A stretch of 64,000 nucleotides of DNA from Planctomycetota bacterium (GTDB lineage: Bacteria > Planctomycetota > UBA1135 > UBA2386), in the NCBI GenBank assembly GCA_947501605.1, contig CANMWZ010000003.1, forward strand, positions 192,001-256,000, given 5' to 3'. This document shows, piece after piece, positions 37,590 through 47,632 of the stretch. A program made the translations under genes and the position numbers. Below the pieces are notes generated by a model. The model saw only the letters and a program-made list of their open reading frames with translations. It had not been told where the DNA came from and did no database searches. Position 1 is the stretch's first letter. Every line of letters starts with the position of its first letter.

Positions 37590-38534
37590 TCAGACCAAGT
37601 CGGCGTACTTGTGCTTTCGACTCACAAAGGAGCTGAAACCGACCACCATGAACACCGCCGCCCACGTGCTGGACACGGCAATGTGGGTCCAGAAGTCGCC
37701 AAACTGGAGGTGCTGAGCACCCTCCACCATTGCATCGGTGGCGCCGAGGACCATGCGCTGCGCCTGAATCAACGAGAACGCAGGGTTGCACGCGAACAGC
37801 ATGTCGGCGGTCTGCTGGCCAAGCTTCTGGACCACCATTTCCGGCACCCAGAACACAGGACTCAGGAACATCCAGACCATCGTCACGATGCCCCAGATCT
37901 GCCGGATGTCGCGGACGAAGACGTAGAGATTCGCGAGGAACAACCCGATGCCAAGGATCATTGCGAACTGGATCACGAGGGTGACCGGCAGCATCAGGAG
38001 AAGCCAACCTGGCTTCATGCTCACCACCTCGACGCCACACAGAACACAGACGAGCCACGCCACCATCAGCACGGCGGCGCCGACGAGGTAGGTGGCGATC
38101 GCCACCAGGGTCGTCGGGATCGGCAGCACCTCCGACGGGAAGGCGACCTTCTTGACCAGATTGCCATTCGCGACCACGGTGCCGCAGTGGGCCGAGGTCG
38201 CTTCGTTCAGCGTGCTGAAAGAGAGGACGCCACTGAACAAGTAGAAGGCGAAGTTCGGATCCGGCGGCTGTCCCGCGCGGTGGTTGCCGAACAGCATGCC
38301 GAACACCAAGTAGTAGATGACGAACATCAACAGCGGCTGCAGCACGACCCAGGACGAGCCGAGGGCCGAGCCGCGGAACCGAGCAAGGAACTCGCGGCGC
38401 GCAAAGTTCGCGACCAGGTTTCGGTTCTCCCAAATGACTGACGGATAGCGGAACACCGGCAGGATGTGCCGAAGGGTGCCCCGCGGCGCCGTCTCGGCGT
38501 TGTAGGTTCGAATCAATCCGTCAGTGTCGGCCAT
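37590..38534 (-). CDS. Polysaccharide export ABC-2 permease (Wzm/RfbA/TagG-like)
   Basis: REFLARFRGSALGSSWVVLQPL, LVKKVAFPSEVLP, YVFVRDI, FLSPVFW, NPAF, KYADLV. Confidence 0.9.
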   Translation of the reverse strand: MADTDGLIRTYNAETAPRGTLRHILPVFRYPSVIWENRNLVANFARREFLARFRGSALGSSWVVLQPLLMFVIYYLVFGMLFGNHRAGQPPDPNFAFYLFSGVLSFSTLNEATSAHCGTVVANGNLVKKVAFPSEVLPIPTTLVAIATYLVGAAVLMVAWLVCVLCGVEVVSMKPGWLLLMLPVTLVIQFAMILGIGLFLANLYVFVRDIRQIWGIVTMVWMFLSPVFWVPEMVVQKLGQQTADMLFACNPAFSLIQAQRMVLGATDAMVEGAQHLQFGDFWTHIAVSSTWAAVFMVVGFSSFVSRKHKYADLV

Positions 38535-38611
38535 GGTCGGGAAGGGTATCGGCGCGCCGTCATGACGCCATGAAGAGGAAGGCAGTTGCGCGCGACCAGG
38601 AACCGACGGGA

Positions 38612-39616
38612 CTACTTGGACAAGACCTGCTGCACCACCGCGACCACGCGGTCGTGACAGGTTCCAGTAGTCGCGACGACACCGCGATTGCCCTGCAAGG
38701 TCGTCCCACGCGCGAAATCCAGAGGACGCCCATCGACGTCGGTCACGGTGCCACCGGCTTCTGCGAGCAGCAGTGCGCCAGCCGCGTGATCCCAGACCTT
38801 CTCGCGATAGTCGGCGCGCGTTGGCAGTCGCAGATAGACATCGGCATCGCCGCGGGCAACGGCGGCGTACTTGGCCTGCGAATCGAGTCGCAGAGGAGGC
38901 TCGACCAGTCCGAGTCGTTGCACGATGGCCGAAGCCATGGCCTGATCGGTGTGACCAGACTCCACGGATTCGCATACACGCAACAAGGACTGGCCACGCC
39001 AAACCGCCACGCGCACAGGACGCCGCGGCGACGGCGGCGAGCCCGCGAAGGAAACCTCGAAGGCGCCACTGCCGCGCATCGCGCCGAACAGAAGTCCGGG
39101 TATCGCCTGGGGCGCCAGGTCATAGGCTGGGCAAGCCAGCACCGCAGCGGTCACTTCGCCACCCTCGATCAACGCCAGTGCAATCGCGAACTGGCCACCG
39201 CGCAAGAAGCCCTTCGTCCCGTCGATCGGATCCACGACCCAGTAGCGCTCGGTATCGCCGCGGGCCTGGCCGCGGTCGAGCCAGGCAAGCACTTCTTCGT
39301 GACCGACCCGGCGCGCGAGCGAGGAGCTGACGATCTCGGTCACGCGTGCCCGCAGCGCACTTGCTGCATCCCCGCGCAAGCCGACGGCATCCTCTTCGCC
39401 GACCAGGGAGTCGTTGGGGAACGCCGCTTCCAACGTCGCCGCAACCACCGCCTGAGCCGCGAAGTCGGCGACCGTCACCGGGCTGTTGTCCTGCTTGGTG
39501 ATGGTGCCCGCACCGCGAGCGCCGAGGTCTGCCCGAACGGTCATGGCGGCAATGGCGGCGCGGCGGACAGCCTCGAGAGCCGTGTCGAGTTCGAGCTTCC
39601 GGTCGAGTGCCTGCAT
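38612..39616 (-). CDS. 3'(2'),5'-bisphosphate nucleotidase (HAL2/SAL1-like PAP phosphatase)
   Basis: KQDNSPVTVADFAAQA, VGEED, WVVDPIDGTKGFLRGGQFAIALAL, CESVESGH, LDSQAKY, YLRLP, YREKVWDHAAG. Confidence 0.92.
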   Translation of the reverse strand: MQALDRKLELDTALEAVRRAAIAAMTVRADLGARGAGTITKQDNSPVTVADFAAQAVVAATLEAAFPNDSLVGEEDAVGLRGDAASALRARVTEIVSSSLARRVGHEEVLAWLDRGQARGDTERYWVVDPIDGTKGFLRGGQFAIALALIEGGEVTAAVLACPAYDLAPQAIPGLLFGAMRGSGAFEVSFAGSPPSPRRPVRVAVWRGQSLLRVCESVESGHTDQAMASAIVQRLGLVEPPLRLDSQAKYAAVARGDADVYLRLPTRADYREKVWDHAAGALLLAEAGGTVTDVDGRPLDFARGTTLQGNRGVVATTGTCHDRVVAVVQQVLSK

Positions 39617-39913
39617 TGGAATCCTCATCGGCGCGGCCTTCGCCGCCACCATCGCTGACCATCGACGCGGCCGGCAGCTGCTGTTGATGAAATGTCGGAG
39701 AATCCGACAGACACGATGCGCCCCCGCTGGATCGGCACTGCGATCTGCGGGGCGCAGAAGCTCGGACTCAGCATCGAGCGCGTTGCCGGCCGATGAGGAG
39801 ACTCGTACTGTGGCACGCATCGCCGTGCGGCGAGACCCTCCACCACCACTTCCGGCCCCTTGGGCTCTCTTCCCACTGGGCCTCCTCGGCCGTCCGCGAG
39901 GCCCCACAAGTTC

Positions 39914-41155
39914 ATGCAACCGTCGATTGAAGTCGCAGGAGTCTCCAAGGTCTACCGGCTCTATGGGAACCCATGGGGCCCACTGTTCGAGAAAATGCCT
40001 TGGAGCAAGAAGCCCTGGCACCGCGAAGTGGCAGCGCTCACCGACATCAACTTCACGGTCGAACCGAGCCAGTGCGTTGGCTTGATCGGTAGCAACGGCG
40101 CCGGCAAGTCGACTCTGCTGAAGATCCTCTCGGGCACGACGTTTCCGACCAGCGGTCGCTTGGCGGTGCGCGGGCGCGTTGCCAGCCTTCTCGAACTCGG
40201 CGCCGGCTTCCATCAGAGCTTCTCAGGCCGCGAGAACATCCTGATGAATGCGGCGATGATGGGGTTCTCGCGCAAACAGGCGCAGCGGAAGGTCGACGAG
40301 ATCATCGAGTTCAGTGAGCTCGGCGACTTCATCAACGCGCCGATCCGCACGTATTCCTCCGGAATGGCAGCGCGCCTGGGCTTCAGCGTCGCCATCGCCG
40401 TCGACCCCGACGTGCTGATCATTGACGAGATCCTCGCCGTTGGTGACATGAACTTCCGGCGCAAGTGCGTCGACAAGATCTGGAACTTCAAGCGCGCGGG
40501 CAAGACGTTGTTCTTCTGTTCGCACTCGCTCTACGACGTTCGTCAGCTGTGCGACCAGGCCATCTGGATGAAGGATGGCAAGATGAAGATGATGGGCGAC
40601 TCGATCCTCGTGACCAACGAGTACTCGACCTACGAAAACAACGTCGCCGAGACCAACGAGAAGGCGGCATTCGCCTCGTTGCCGGCCGCGCCCAAGTACG
40701 ACGAGAACGACCACCCGCGCATCCTCGGCGCCGTGCTGCTCGATTCGAAGACGGGCAAGAAGCGCAACAAGTTTCAACCAGGAGAAGCCGCTTCGCTGCG
40801 CGTGCACGTGCGCAACAGCAAGAACCCCGTACCGCTCGCGCTGGCCGTCGGCGCCATCCGCGGCGACAGCACCATGGTGTGGGCACAGTCAACGCAACTC
40901 GACGGCATCACCTTCGACTTCCAAGAAGGCTACGTCACGCTGCATCTCGACAAGTTGCGTTTGCTCTCCGGCGAGTTCACCTTGCCCATCTGGCTACTCG
41001 ATGCGAACGGCATTCACCGCTTCCACGAGCGACCGGCCGAGGAGAACCTCATCGTGCAGAATCGAACCAAGGACCTCGGTCTGTACCTCGAAGAGCACCA
41101 CTGGGACGTGGAGCCGTCGCGCGCACCTGCAGTGAAGGCGTCACCGGCATCCTGA
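39914..41155 (+). CDS. Polysaccharide export ABC ATPase with a C-terminal carbohydrate-binding domain (Wzt-like)
   Basis: GSNGAGKST, LLELGAGF, SGRENI, TYSSGMAARLGF, IDEILAVGD; ~160-aa beta-rich C-terminal extension. Confidence 0.92.
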   Translation: MQPSIEVAGVSKVYRLYGNPWGPLFEKMPWSKKPWHREVAALTDINFTVEPSQCVGLIGSNGAGKSTLLKILSGTTFPTSGRLAVRGRVASLLELGAGFHQSFSGRENILMNAAMMGFSRKQAQRKVDEIIEFSELGDFINAPIRTYSSGMAARLGFSVAIAVDPDVLIIDEILAVGDMNFRRKCVDKIWNFKRAGKTLFFCSHSLYDVRQLCDQAIWMKDGKMKMMGDSILVTNEYSTYENNVAETNEKAAFASLPAAPKYDENDHPRILGAVLLDSKTGKKRNKFQPGEAASLRVHVRNSKNPVPLALAVGAIRGDSTMVWAQSTQLDGITFDFQEGYVTLHLDKLRLLSGEFTLPIWLLDANGIHRFHERPAEENLIVQNRTKDLGLYLEEHHWDVEPSRAPAVKASPAS

Positions 41156-41165
41156 GGCGCGCGCC

Positions 41166-42170
41166 ATGAAGCCTCGGCTCTATCTGCACATCGGGCACTC
41201 CAAGGTGGCGAGCACGACCATTCAAGCGCTCTTGGACGCCAACATCGCCGCCATTCGGGCGAAGGCCGGACTCGTTGCGGATCTGGAGTTCCGCTTTCCG
41301 GCTAATGGCCCGATCAAGGCAAACCCAGTTGGCGCACTGCAGGACATGTGCGACGGCGGTAACGAGGGCAAGGCGTTACTCCATCAGCGACTGACCGAAC
41401 TCCATCGCGTGCTCACCGCTCCGAGGCGCCGGTTCGACCACGCAATCGTCTCGGCCGAGAACCTGTGCAATCCGCCGTTCCACGAACTGTTCGAGCCCGC
41501 CAAAGAGCTGTTCGACGTGCATCTGGTCTATTACATCCGCCGCCAGGACGAATGGCTGCTGTCCGCCTGGAAACAATGGGGAGTCAAGCAGGGCCAGAGC
41601 GTTGACGCGTTCTGCCTCGAGGGCACGACCACCCGCTATCCGGCCTTCACGGTTGCAATCCAGCGCTGGGAACCGCTGGCAACGAACATCCACGTGCGAC
41701 CACTGCATGCGTCCGCCCTCGTCGACGGCAGTGTCACCCACGATTTCGCCAAGGCCATCGGCCTCGACGGCAAGACTCTCGAGCACCCAGGGATCAGCAA
41801 CCCGTCGTTCGACGCAGCCGTGCTCGAAGTGCTGCGCCACAACTCATACCTGTTCCAGCACCGCGACGATGATCGAGTGTTCGACTTCCTCGGCGAGTTC
41901 TTGTCGAAAGAACACAAGCCGATGCGAGCGGTCCTCGAAGGCAAGACTCGCAAGACCTTGTGCAACTACTTCGAGGCCGAGAACCGGGCGCTGCAGCAGA
42001 GGTTCTTCCCGGAGACCGACTTCGACGTGATCTACGGTGTGGACAGCGCCGCCGCTGAGCCACCTCCGCCCACGGACAAGGACATGCTGCTGCGGTTCCT
42101 CGGCCTCCAACTACGCGGCATCATGGACCTCCAAGCGCGCATCGGCCAATTGGAGCAGCGCCAAAAATGA
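41166..42170 (+). CDS. Sulfotransferase-fold protein
   Basis: LYLHIGHSKVASTTIQ (5'-phosphosulfate loop-like), IVSAENL, YIRRQDEWLLSAWKQ (3'-phosphate motif-like); next to the PAPS genes. Confidence 0.7.
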   Translation: MKPRLYLHIGHSKVASTTIQALLDANIAAIRAKAGLVADLEFRFPANGPIKANPVGALQDMCDGGNEGKALLHQRLTELHRVLTAPRRRFDHAIVSAENLCNPPFHELFEPAKELFDVHLVYYIRRQDEWLLSAWKQWGVKQGQSVDAFCLEGTTTRYPAFTVAIQRWEPLATNIHVRPLHASALVDGSVTHDFAKAIGLDGKTLEHPGISNPSFDAAVLEVLRHNSYLFQHRDDDRVFDFLGEFLSKEHKPMRAVLEGKTRKTLCNYFEAENRALQQRFFPETDFDVIYGVDSAAAEPPPPTDKDMLLRFLGLQLRGIMDLQARIGQLEQRQK

Positions 42171-42275
42171 CGCGCAACGAGCGGGCGGCACGAGCGCATT
42201 CGTGCGCAAACCCGTTCCGGTCTCAGGTTCCAACCCACGCCCTACCGATCTCGTCGATGCGCCCCGGAACCGATC

Positions 42276-42914
42276 ATGAGCAAACCGAGCCGCAGTACGA
42301 ACATCTCGCGATCCACCGGACGCGTTAGCCGCATCGATCGCGAACGCCTGCTTGGTCAGCAAGGCTGTGTAGCGTGGCTCACGGGACTGTCGGGCTCCGG
42401 CAAATCGACCTTGGCCCATCACCTCGAAAGCCTGCTGCTCGACCAAGGACACTTGGTCTACGTGTTCGACGGCGACAACCTGCGCCACGGACTCTGCGGC
42501 GATCTCGGATTCAGCGCAGAAGACCGCACCGAGAACATCCGGCGCGCAGGTGAGGTTGCAGCGCTACTGGCGGATACCGGCGCAATCGTGCTGTGCTCGT
42601 TCATCTCGCCGTATCGAGCCGATCGCGAACGAGTTCGCAAGACTGTTGGCGACGGCCGCTTCCTGGAAGTGCATGTCGATGCCTCCGTCGCCGTTTGCGA
42701 ACAACGCGATCCGAAGGGCCTCTACAAGAAGGCCCGGCAGGGCCTCATCCCCGAATTCACCGGGATCGACGCGCCGTACGAGGCACCCATCGATCCAGAA
42801 GTCCGCGTCGATACCGGCACGCTCGGAATCGCCGAGGCCGCGCAGCAGATCCATCACAGACTTAGCGTTCGCGGTTTTCTGTCACCGCCGACCACACCGG
42901 AGACCGCCCCGTGA
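42276..42914 (+). CDS. cysC: Adenylyl-sulfate kinase
   Basis: [61 protein letters not shown]. Confidence 0.96.
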   Translation: MSKPSRSTNISRSTGRVSRIDRERLLGQQGCVAWLTGLSGSGKSTLAHHLESLLLDQGHLVYVFDGDNLRHGLCGDLGFSAEDRTENIRRAGEVAALLADTGAIVLCSFISPYRADRERVRKTVGDGRFLEVHVDASVAVCEQRDPKGLYKKARQGLIPEFTGIDAPYEAPIDPEVRVDTGTLGIAEAAQQIHHRLSVRGFLSPPTTPETAP

Positions 42915-43822
42915 CCAAGACCTACACGCTGACCCATCTCCAGCAACTCGAGAACGAGAGCATTCAGATCATCCGAGAGGTCGCCGCCGAGTTTCAAAAC
43001 CCGGTGATGCTCTACTCCATCGGCAAGGACAGCGGCGTGATGCTCCGCCTAGCAGAGAAGGCGTTCTATCCCGCCCCACTCCCGTTCTCGTTGCTGCACG
43101 TCAACACGACCTACAAGTTCCGCGAGATGATTGCCTTCCGCAATCAACTCATGAAGGACATCGGCGCGACGTTGATCGAGAAGATCAACCTCGAAGGGGT
43201 GAAGCAGAACATCAACCCCTTCGACCATGGCACGCAGCGCTACACGCACATCATGAAGACCGAGACGTTGAAGCAAGCGCTGACCGAGGGCGGCTACGAC
43301 GCAGCCTTCGGTGGCGCTCGCCGCGACGAAGAGAAGAGCCGAGCCAAGGAGCGTGTGTTCAGCTTCCGCGACTCGCGGCATCAGTGGGACCCAAAGAACC
43401 AACGCCCAGAGCTCTGGGATCTCTACAACGGCCGCGTGAAGCAAGGTGAGTCGATCCGGGTGTTTCCGCTGTCGAACTGGACCGAACTCGACATCTGGCT
43501 CTACATCCACCTCGAGAAGATCCCAATGGTGCCGCTCTACTTCGCCAAGGAGCGGCCCGTGGTTCGGCGCAACGGCACTTGGATCATGGTCGATGACGAG
43601 CGATTGCCGCTGCAGAAGGGCGAGACACCGGAGATGCGCATGGTCCGCTTCCGGACACTGGGGTGTTACCCGCTGACCGGTGCCGTGGAGTCCAGCGCGA
43701 CCACCGTACCTGAGGTCATCGAAGAAATGCTGCGCAACAAGAACTCGGAACGCCAGGGACGCATGATCGACTTCGACGAAGCTGGCTCGATGGAACAGAA
43801 GAAGCGCGAGGGCTACTTCTAA
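42911..43822 (+). CDS. cysD: Sulfate adenylyltransferase subunit 2
   Basis: [52 protein letters not shown]. Confidence 0.97.
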   Translation: MTKTYTLTHLQQLENESIQIIREVAAEFQNPVMLYSIGKDSGVMLRLAEKAFYPAPLPFSLLHVNTTYKFREMIAFRNQLMKDIGATLIEKINLEGVKQNINPFDHGTQRYTHIMKTETLKQALTEGGYDAAFGGARRDEEKSRAKERVFSFRDSRHQWDPKNQRPELWDLYNGRVKQGESIRVFPLSNWTELDIWLYIHLEKIPMVPLYFAKERPVVRRNGTWIMVDDERLPLQKGETPEMRMVRFRTLGCYPLTGAVESSATTVPEVIEEMLRNKNSERQGRMIDFDEAGSMEQKKREGYF

Positions 43823-45765
43823 TGATCTGCACCGAACTCGACCGACTCGGAATCGAGTCGTACCTGCAGAACTATCGCGACAAGTCGCTGCTGCGGTTCC
43901 TCACTTGCGGGTCCGTCGACGACGGCAAGTCGACGTTGATCGGCCGCCTCCTGCACGACGCCGACCAAGTCTTCGACGACCACCTCTCGGCGGTCCGGAA
44001 GGACACCGGCAAGTACGGCACCACGGGCGAGGCCATCGACTTCGCGCTGCTGGTCGACGGCTTGCAGGCAGAACGTGAGCAGGGCATCACGATTGATGTC
44101 GCCTACCGCTACTTCAGCACGGACCGACGCAAGTTCATCATCGCGGATACGCCGGGGCACGTGCAGTACACGCGCAACATGGCTACTGGAGCCTCGCACT
44201 GCGACTTGGCGATCATCCTGATCGATGCGCGGAAGGGCGTCCTGGAACAGACTCGCCGACACTCGTTCATCGCCACGCTCCTGGGCATCCAGCACCTCGT
44301 CGTCGCGATCAACAAGATGGACCTCGTTGACTACAGCCGCGAGGTCTTCGACCGCATCAAGGGCGACTTCGGCGCGTTCGCGGCGAAGCTGCAGGTGCGC
44401 GACATCCACTTCATTCCGATGTCGGGCATGCGCGGCGAGAACGTCGTGCACCGGAGCGAGAACATGCCCTGGTTCCAGGGCTCGCCTTTGCTCGCGCACT
44501 TGGAAAACGTGCACATCGCCAGCGACCGCAATTTGGTCGACTTGCGTTTGCCAGTGCAACTTGTGCTACGTCCAAACCTCGATTACCGCGGCTTCTGCGG
44601 CACGATCGCCTCGGGCATCTTGCGCCAGGGCGACCCGATCGTGTCCCTGCCTTCAGGACGCCAGAGCCGGGTCAAGTCGATCGACACGTTTGGCGGCTCG
44701 CTGACAGAAGCGGTCGCCGGCATGGCGGTGTCGATCACGCTCGAGGACGAAATCGACGCCAGCCGCGGCGACATGTTCGCGAGCCCGAACAACGCCCCGA
44801 ACGTCGATCACAACGTCGAAGCAATGATCGTCTGGATGGCTGAAGAGCCAATGCTGCCGGGCAGCCGCTACGTGCTCAAGCAGACCACCAACACCAGCGC
44901 TGTGACGGCGACGGACATCCGCTATCGGATGAACGTGAGCACACTCAGCCGAGAGGATGCAAAAGCCCTGACGCTGAACGAGATCGGCCGCGTGCGCTTG
45001 GAGAGCATGCGACCTCTGCAGTGGGACCCGTACGCGAAGAACCGCAGGACGGGTTCCTTCATCCTCGTCGACCGCTTGACGAACGCTACCGTCGCGGCTG
45101 GCATGATCCTGGATCGCACCACGGCCGAAAGGGCGGGCGATCGCCGGACTCGCTCAGGCGACGCTGGTCTCAATCTGCAGACGCACAAGAGCTCGGTTAC
45201 GCCAGAGCAGCGGACCCAACGCCTCCAGCAGAAGCCGTTGGCGATCTGGTTCACTGGCCTGCCGCGCAGCGGCAAGACCCCGACTGCGTTCGCGCTGGAG
45301 CAGGAGCTCTATCGCCGCGGCTACGCGGCGCACGTGCTGCTGGGAACCAACCTGCGCACCACACTGAGCCGCGACCTCGGCTTCTCGGGCGAAGACCGTT
45401 GGGAGCACCAGCGCCGCGCCGCCGAGGTAGCCCGAGTCAGTTGCGACGCCGGCCTGATCGCAATCGGCGCGCTGATCGCGCCACTCGCGGCCGACCGCTC
45501 GCAGGCGCGTACGATCATCGGCGCCGAGCGGTTTGTGGAAGTGTTCTGCAACGCGTCGTTGGAGATCTGCGAGCAGCGCGATCAGACCGGCCTCTACGCC
45601 GCTGCCCGCCAAGGTCAGTTGCGCAACGTGACCGGCATCGACGCTCCGTACGAGCCGCCGCAGAACCCGGACTTCGTCTTGCCGACGGGCACCAAGTCAC
45701 CGGAGGACTGCGCCAAGATGTTGTGCGACTTCCTCGAGCAACGAGGCTTGCTGAAGAAGATGTGA
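43822..45765 (+). CDS. cysN: Sulfate adenylyltransferase subunit 1 fused to a diverged APS-kinase domain (CysNC/NodQ type)
   Basis: CGSVDDGKSTLIGRLL, EREQGITIDVAYRYF, DTPGH, NKMD; C-terminal WFTGLPRSGKT...TGIDAPYE. Confidence 0.95.
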   Translation: MICTELDRLGIESYLQNYRDKSLLRFLTCGSVDDGKSTLIGRLLHDADQVFDDHLSAVRKDTGKYGTTGEAIDFALLVDGLQAEREQGITIDVAYRYFSTDRRKFIIADTPGHVQYTRNMATGASHCDLAIILIDARKGVLEQTRRHSFIATLLGIQHLVVAINKMDLVDYSREVFDRIKGDFGAFAAKLQVRDIHFIPMSGMRGENVVHRSENMPWFQGSPLLAHLENVHIASDRNLVDLRLPVQLVLRPNLDYRGFCGTIASGILRQGDPIVSLPSGRQSRVKSIDTFGGSLTEAVAGMAVSITLEDEIDASRGDMFASPNNAPNVDHNVEAMIVWMAEEPMLPGSRYVLKQTTNTSAVTATDIRYRMNVSTLSREDAKALTLNEIGRVRLESMRPLQWDPYAKNRRTGSFILVDRLTNATVAAGMILDRTTAERAGDRRTRSGDAGLNLQTHKSSVTPEQRTQRLQQKPLAIWFTGLPRSGKTPTAFALEQELYRRGYAAHVLLGTNLRTTLSRDLGFSGEDRWEHQRRAAEVARVSCDAGLIAIGALIAPLAADRSQARTIIGAERFVEVFCNASLEICEQRDQTGLYAAARQGQLRNVTGIDAPYEPPQNPDFVLPTGTKSPEDCAKMLCDFLEQRGLLKKM

Positions 45766-45855
45766 CCGACAGGCGCTGGGCGGTCCGACCGCCCGGCTCC
45801 AGATGGTTCTGCCGACGTGTCGATGAGGGCGAAGGCGCGTGCGCCATTCTCGCTG

Positions 45856-47625
45856 ATGACCTGGCAAGCCTACATCACGCTCGCAGTCACCATGCTGACG
45901 CTGGTGAGCCTGGCCCGCGACTGGGTGTCCCCGGCGCACACGATCCTCGGTGGCGGTTTTGCGCTGCTGTTGACCGGCGTCATCTCACCAGAAGAGACCT
46001 TTGCCGGCTTTGGCAACCCGGCCCCGATGACCGTCGCCGCACTCTACGTGCTGGCCCGCGCGACGGAGAAGACCGGCGTGATCCAGCCACTGCTGGAGCG
46101 CCTGCTTGGCGATGGCCGCGGCGGTCGTTGGGCGATGACGCGGCTTCTGGTGCCTTCGGCTGCGGTCTCGGCGTTCCTCAACAACACGCCGATCGTCGCA
46201 ATGTTGATCCCTCAGGTACTGCGATGGGCAGATCGCGTACGCGTCTCGGCCTCGCTCTACCTGATGCCACTGTCGTTTGCCGTCGTGCTGGGCGGCGTGA
46301 TCACGACCATGGGCACCTCCACCAATCTCGTCGTGTCCGGCATGCTCAGCAAGAGTACCGGGACACCGCTGTCGTTGTTCGAGATCACACCGATCGGATT
46401 GCCGGTCGCGCTGGTCGGCTTGTTGACGCTGATCCTGACCGCGCCCTTCTTGCTGCCGTCGCGACTCTCGCCGCGCCAAGGTGCTGAGGCGGGTCGCCGC
46501 GAGTTTGCGGTCTGCATGCGCGTCCTCGCCAATGGCCCGCTGTGCAACAAGTCGGTCGAACAGGCCGGCCTGCGGGGTCTCGAGGGTGTTTACCTCGTGA
46601 GCATCGACCGCGACGGCGAGCAGATCGCGCCGGTGGATCCAGAGACCGTGCTGCGCGGCGGCGACCGCCTCAACTTTGCCGGCAGCGCCAGTCACGTCAT
46701 CGATCTGCATGGTCGTCGCGGCCTGGAGTCCGCCGAGAGCGACCACGTCGCGCACTTCGATTCCGCCAGACATCGCTACTTGCAGGCAGTCGTTGGCGCC
46801 AATTCGCCGTTGGTCGGCCGCACGCTGAAGGATGTGGCGTTCCGGGACCACTACCAAGCCGCAGTGGTCGCCATCCACCGGGCCGGCCAAGCTGTTGACC
46901 AGAAGCTCGGCGAAGTGCGACTGCGGCTCGGCGACACCCTGATCCTGCTCACGGATCCTGGCTTCCGGGTGCGCTGGCGCGATCGCCCCGACTTCTTGAT
47001 GGTCACGTCGCTCGAGGGTTCGGCGCCAGCGGTCAGCCGCAAGGCATGGATCGTCGCTGTGGTCATGATCGGCGTCTGCGTCGTCGCCGGAATGGGCCTG
47101 ATGCCGATGCTCCAAGCCTCGCTGGTCGGAGTGCTGATCATCATCGGCTTCGGCGTACTCAGCGCCGCCGAGGCACGGGCTGCGATCGACATGGACACGA
47201 TCGTCGTGATCGCTGGCTCGTTCGCGCTCGGCACCGCCATCGAGACGTCGGGACTGGCTCAGCACCTAGCGGAGTGGATGACCACCATGACCGGCCAAGG
47301 CAACGTGCGCATGACGTTGCTTACTCTGGTCCTCGCGACGGTAGTCATCACCGAGATGATCACGAACAACGCCGCCGCGGCGCTGCTCTTCCCGATCGCC
47401 TTCGCGAGTGCGCAGCAGCTTCATGTCGACCCACGACCGTTTGCCATCGCGATCGCCATCGCGGCGTCGAACTCGTTCCTTACCCCGATCGGCTACCAGA
47501 CCAACGTGATGGTCTACGGCCCCGGTGGCTACCGCTTCGGCGACTACCTACGCGCGGGCTTCCCGCTGACCGTCACGACCGTGACTGCGATCGTTGTCCT
47601 GATCCCTTGGTACTACGGGATCTGA
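45856..47625 (+). CDS. SLC13/CitMHS-type permease with TrkA-C domains (probable sulfate transporter)
   Basis: SAFLNNTPIVA, GTSTNL, TEMITNNAAA, FLTPIGYQTNVMVYGPGGYRFGDY; directly after cysNC. Confidence 0.88.
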   Translation: MTWQAYITLAVTMLTLVSLARDWVSPAHTILGGGFALLLTGVISPEETFAGFGNPAPMTVAALYVLARATEKTGVIQPLLERLLGDGRGGRWAMTRLLVPSAAVSAFLNNTPIVAMLIPQVLRWADRVRVSASLYLMPLSFAVVLGGVITTMGTSTNLVVSGMLSKSTGTPLSLFEITPIGLPVALVGLLTLILTAPFLLPSRLSPRQGAEAGRREFAVCMRVLANGPLCNKSVEQAGLRGLEGVYLVSIDRDGEQIAPVDPETVLRGGDRLNFAGSASHVIDLHGRRGLESAESDHVAHFDSARHRYLQAVVGANSPLVGRTLKDVAFRDHYQAAVVAIHRAGQAVDQKLGEVRLRLGDTLILLTDPGFRVRWRDRPDFLMVTSLEGSAPAVSRKAWIVAVVMIGVCVVAGMGLMPMLQASLVGVLIIIGFGVLSAAEARAAIDMDTIVVIAGSFALGTAIETSGLAQHLAEWMTTMTGQGNVRMTLLTLVLATVVITEMITNNAAAALLFPIAFASAQQLHVDPRPFAIAIAIAASNSFLTPIGYQTNVMVYGPGGYRFGDYLRAGFPLTVTTVTAIVVLIPWYYGI

Positions 47626-47632
47626 CGCGCGG

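Noticed and set aside
39811..39828. sigma54 promoter before wzt (TGGCACG...)
   Set aside because: The -24 half is perfect, but the TGC is 3 nt out of the strict GG-N10-GC spacing
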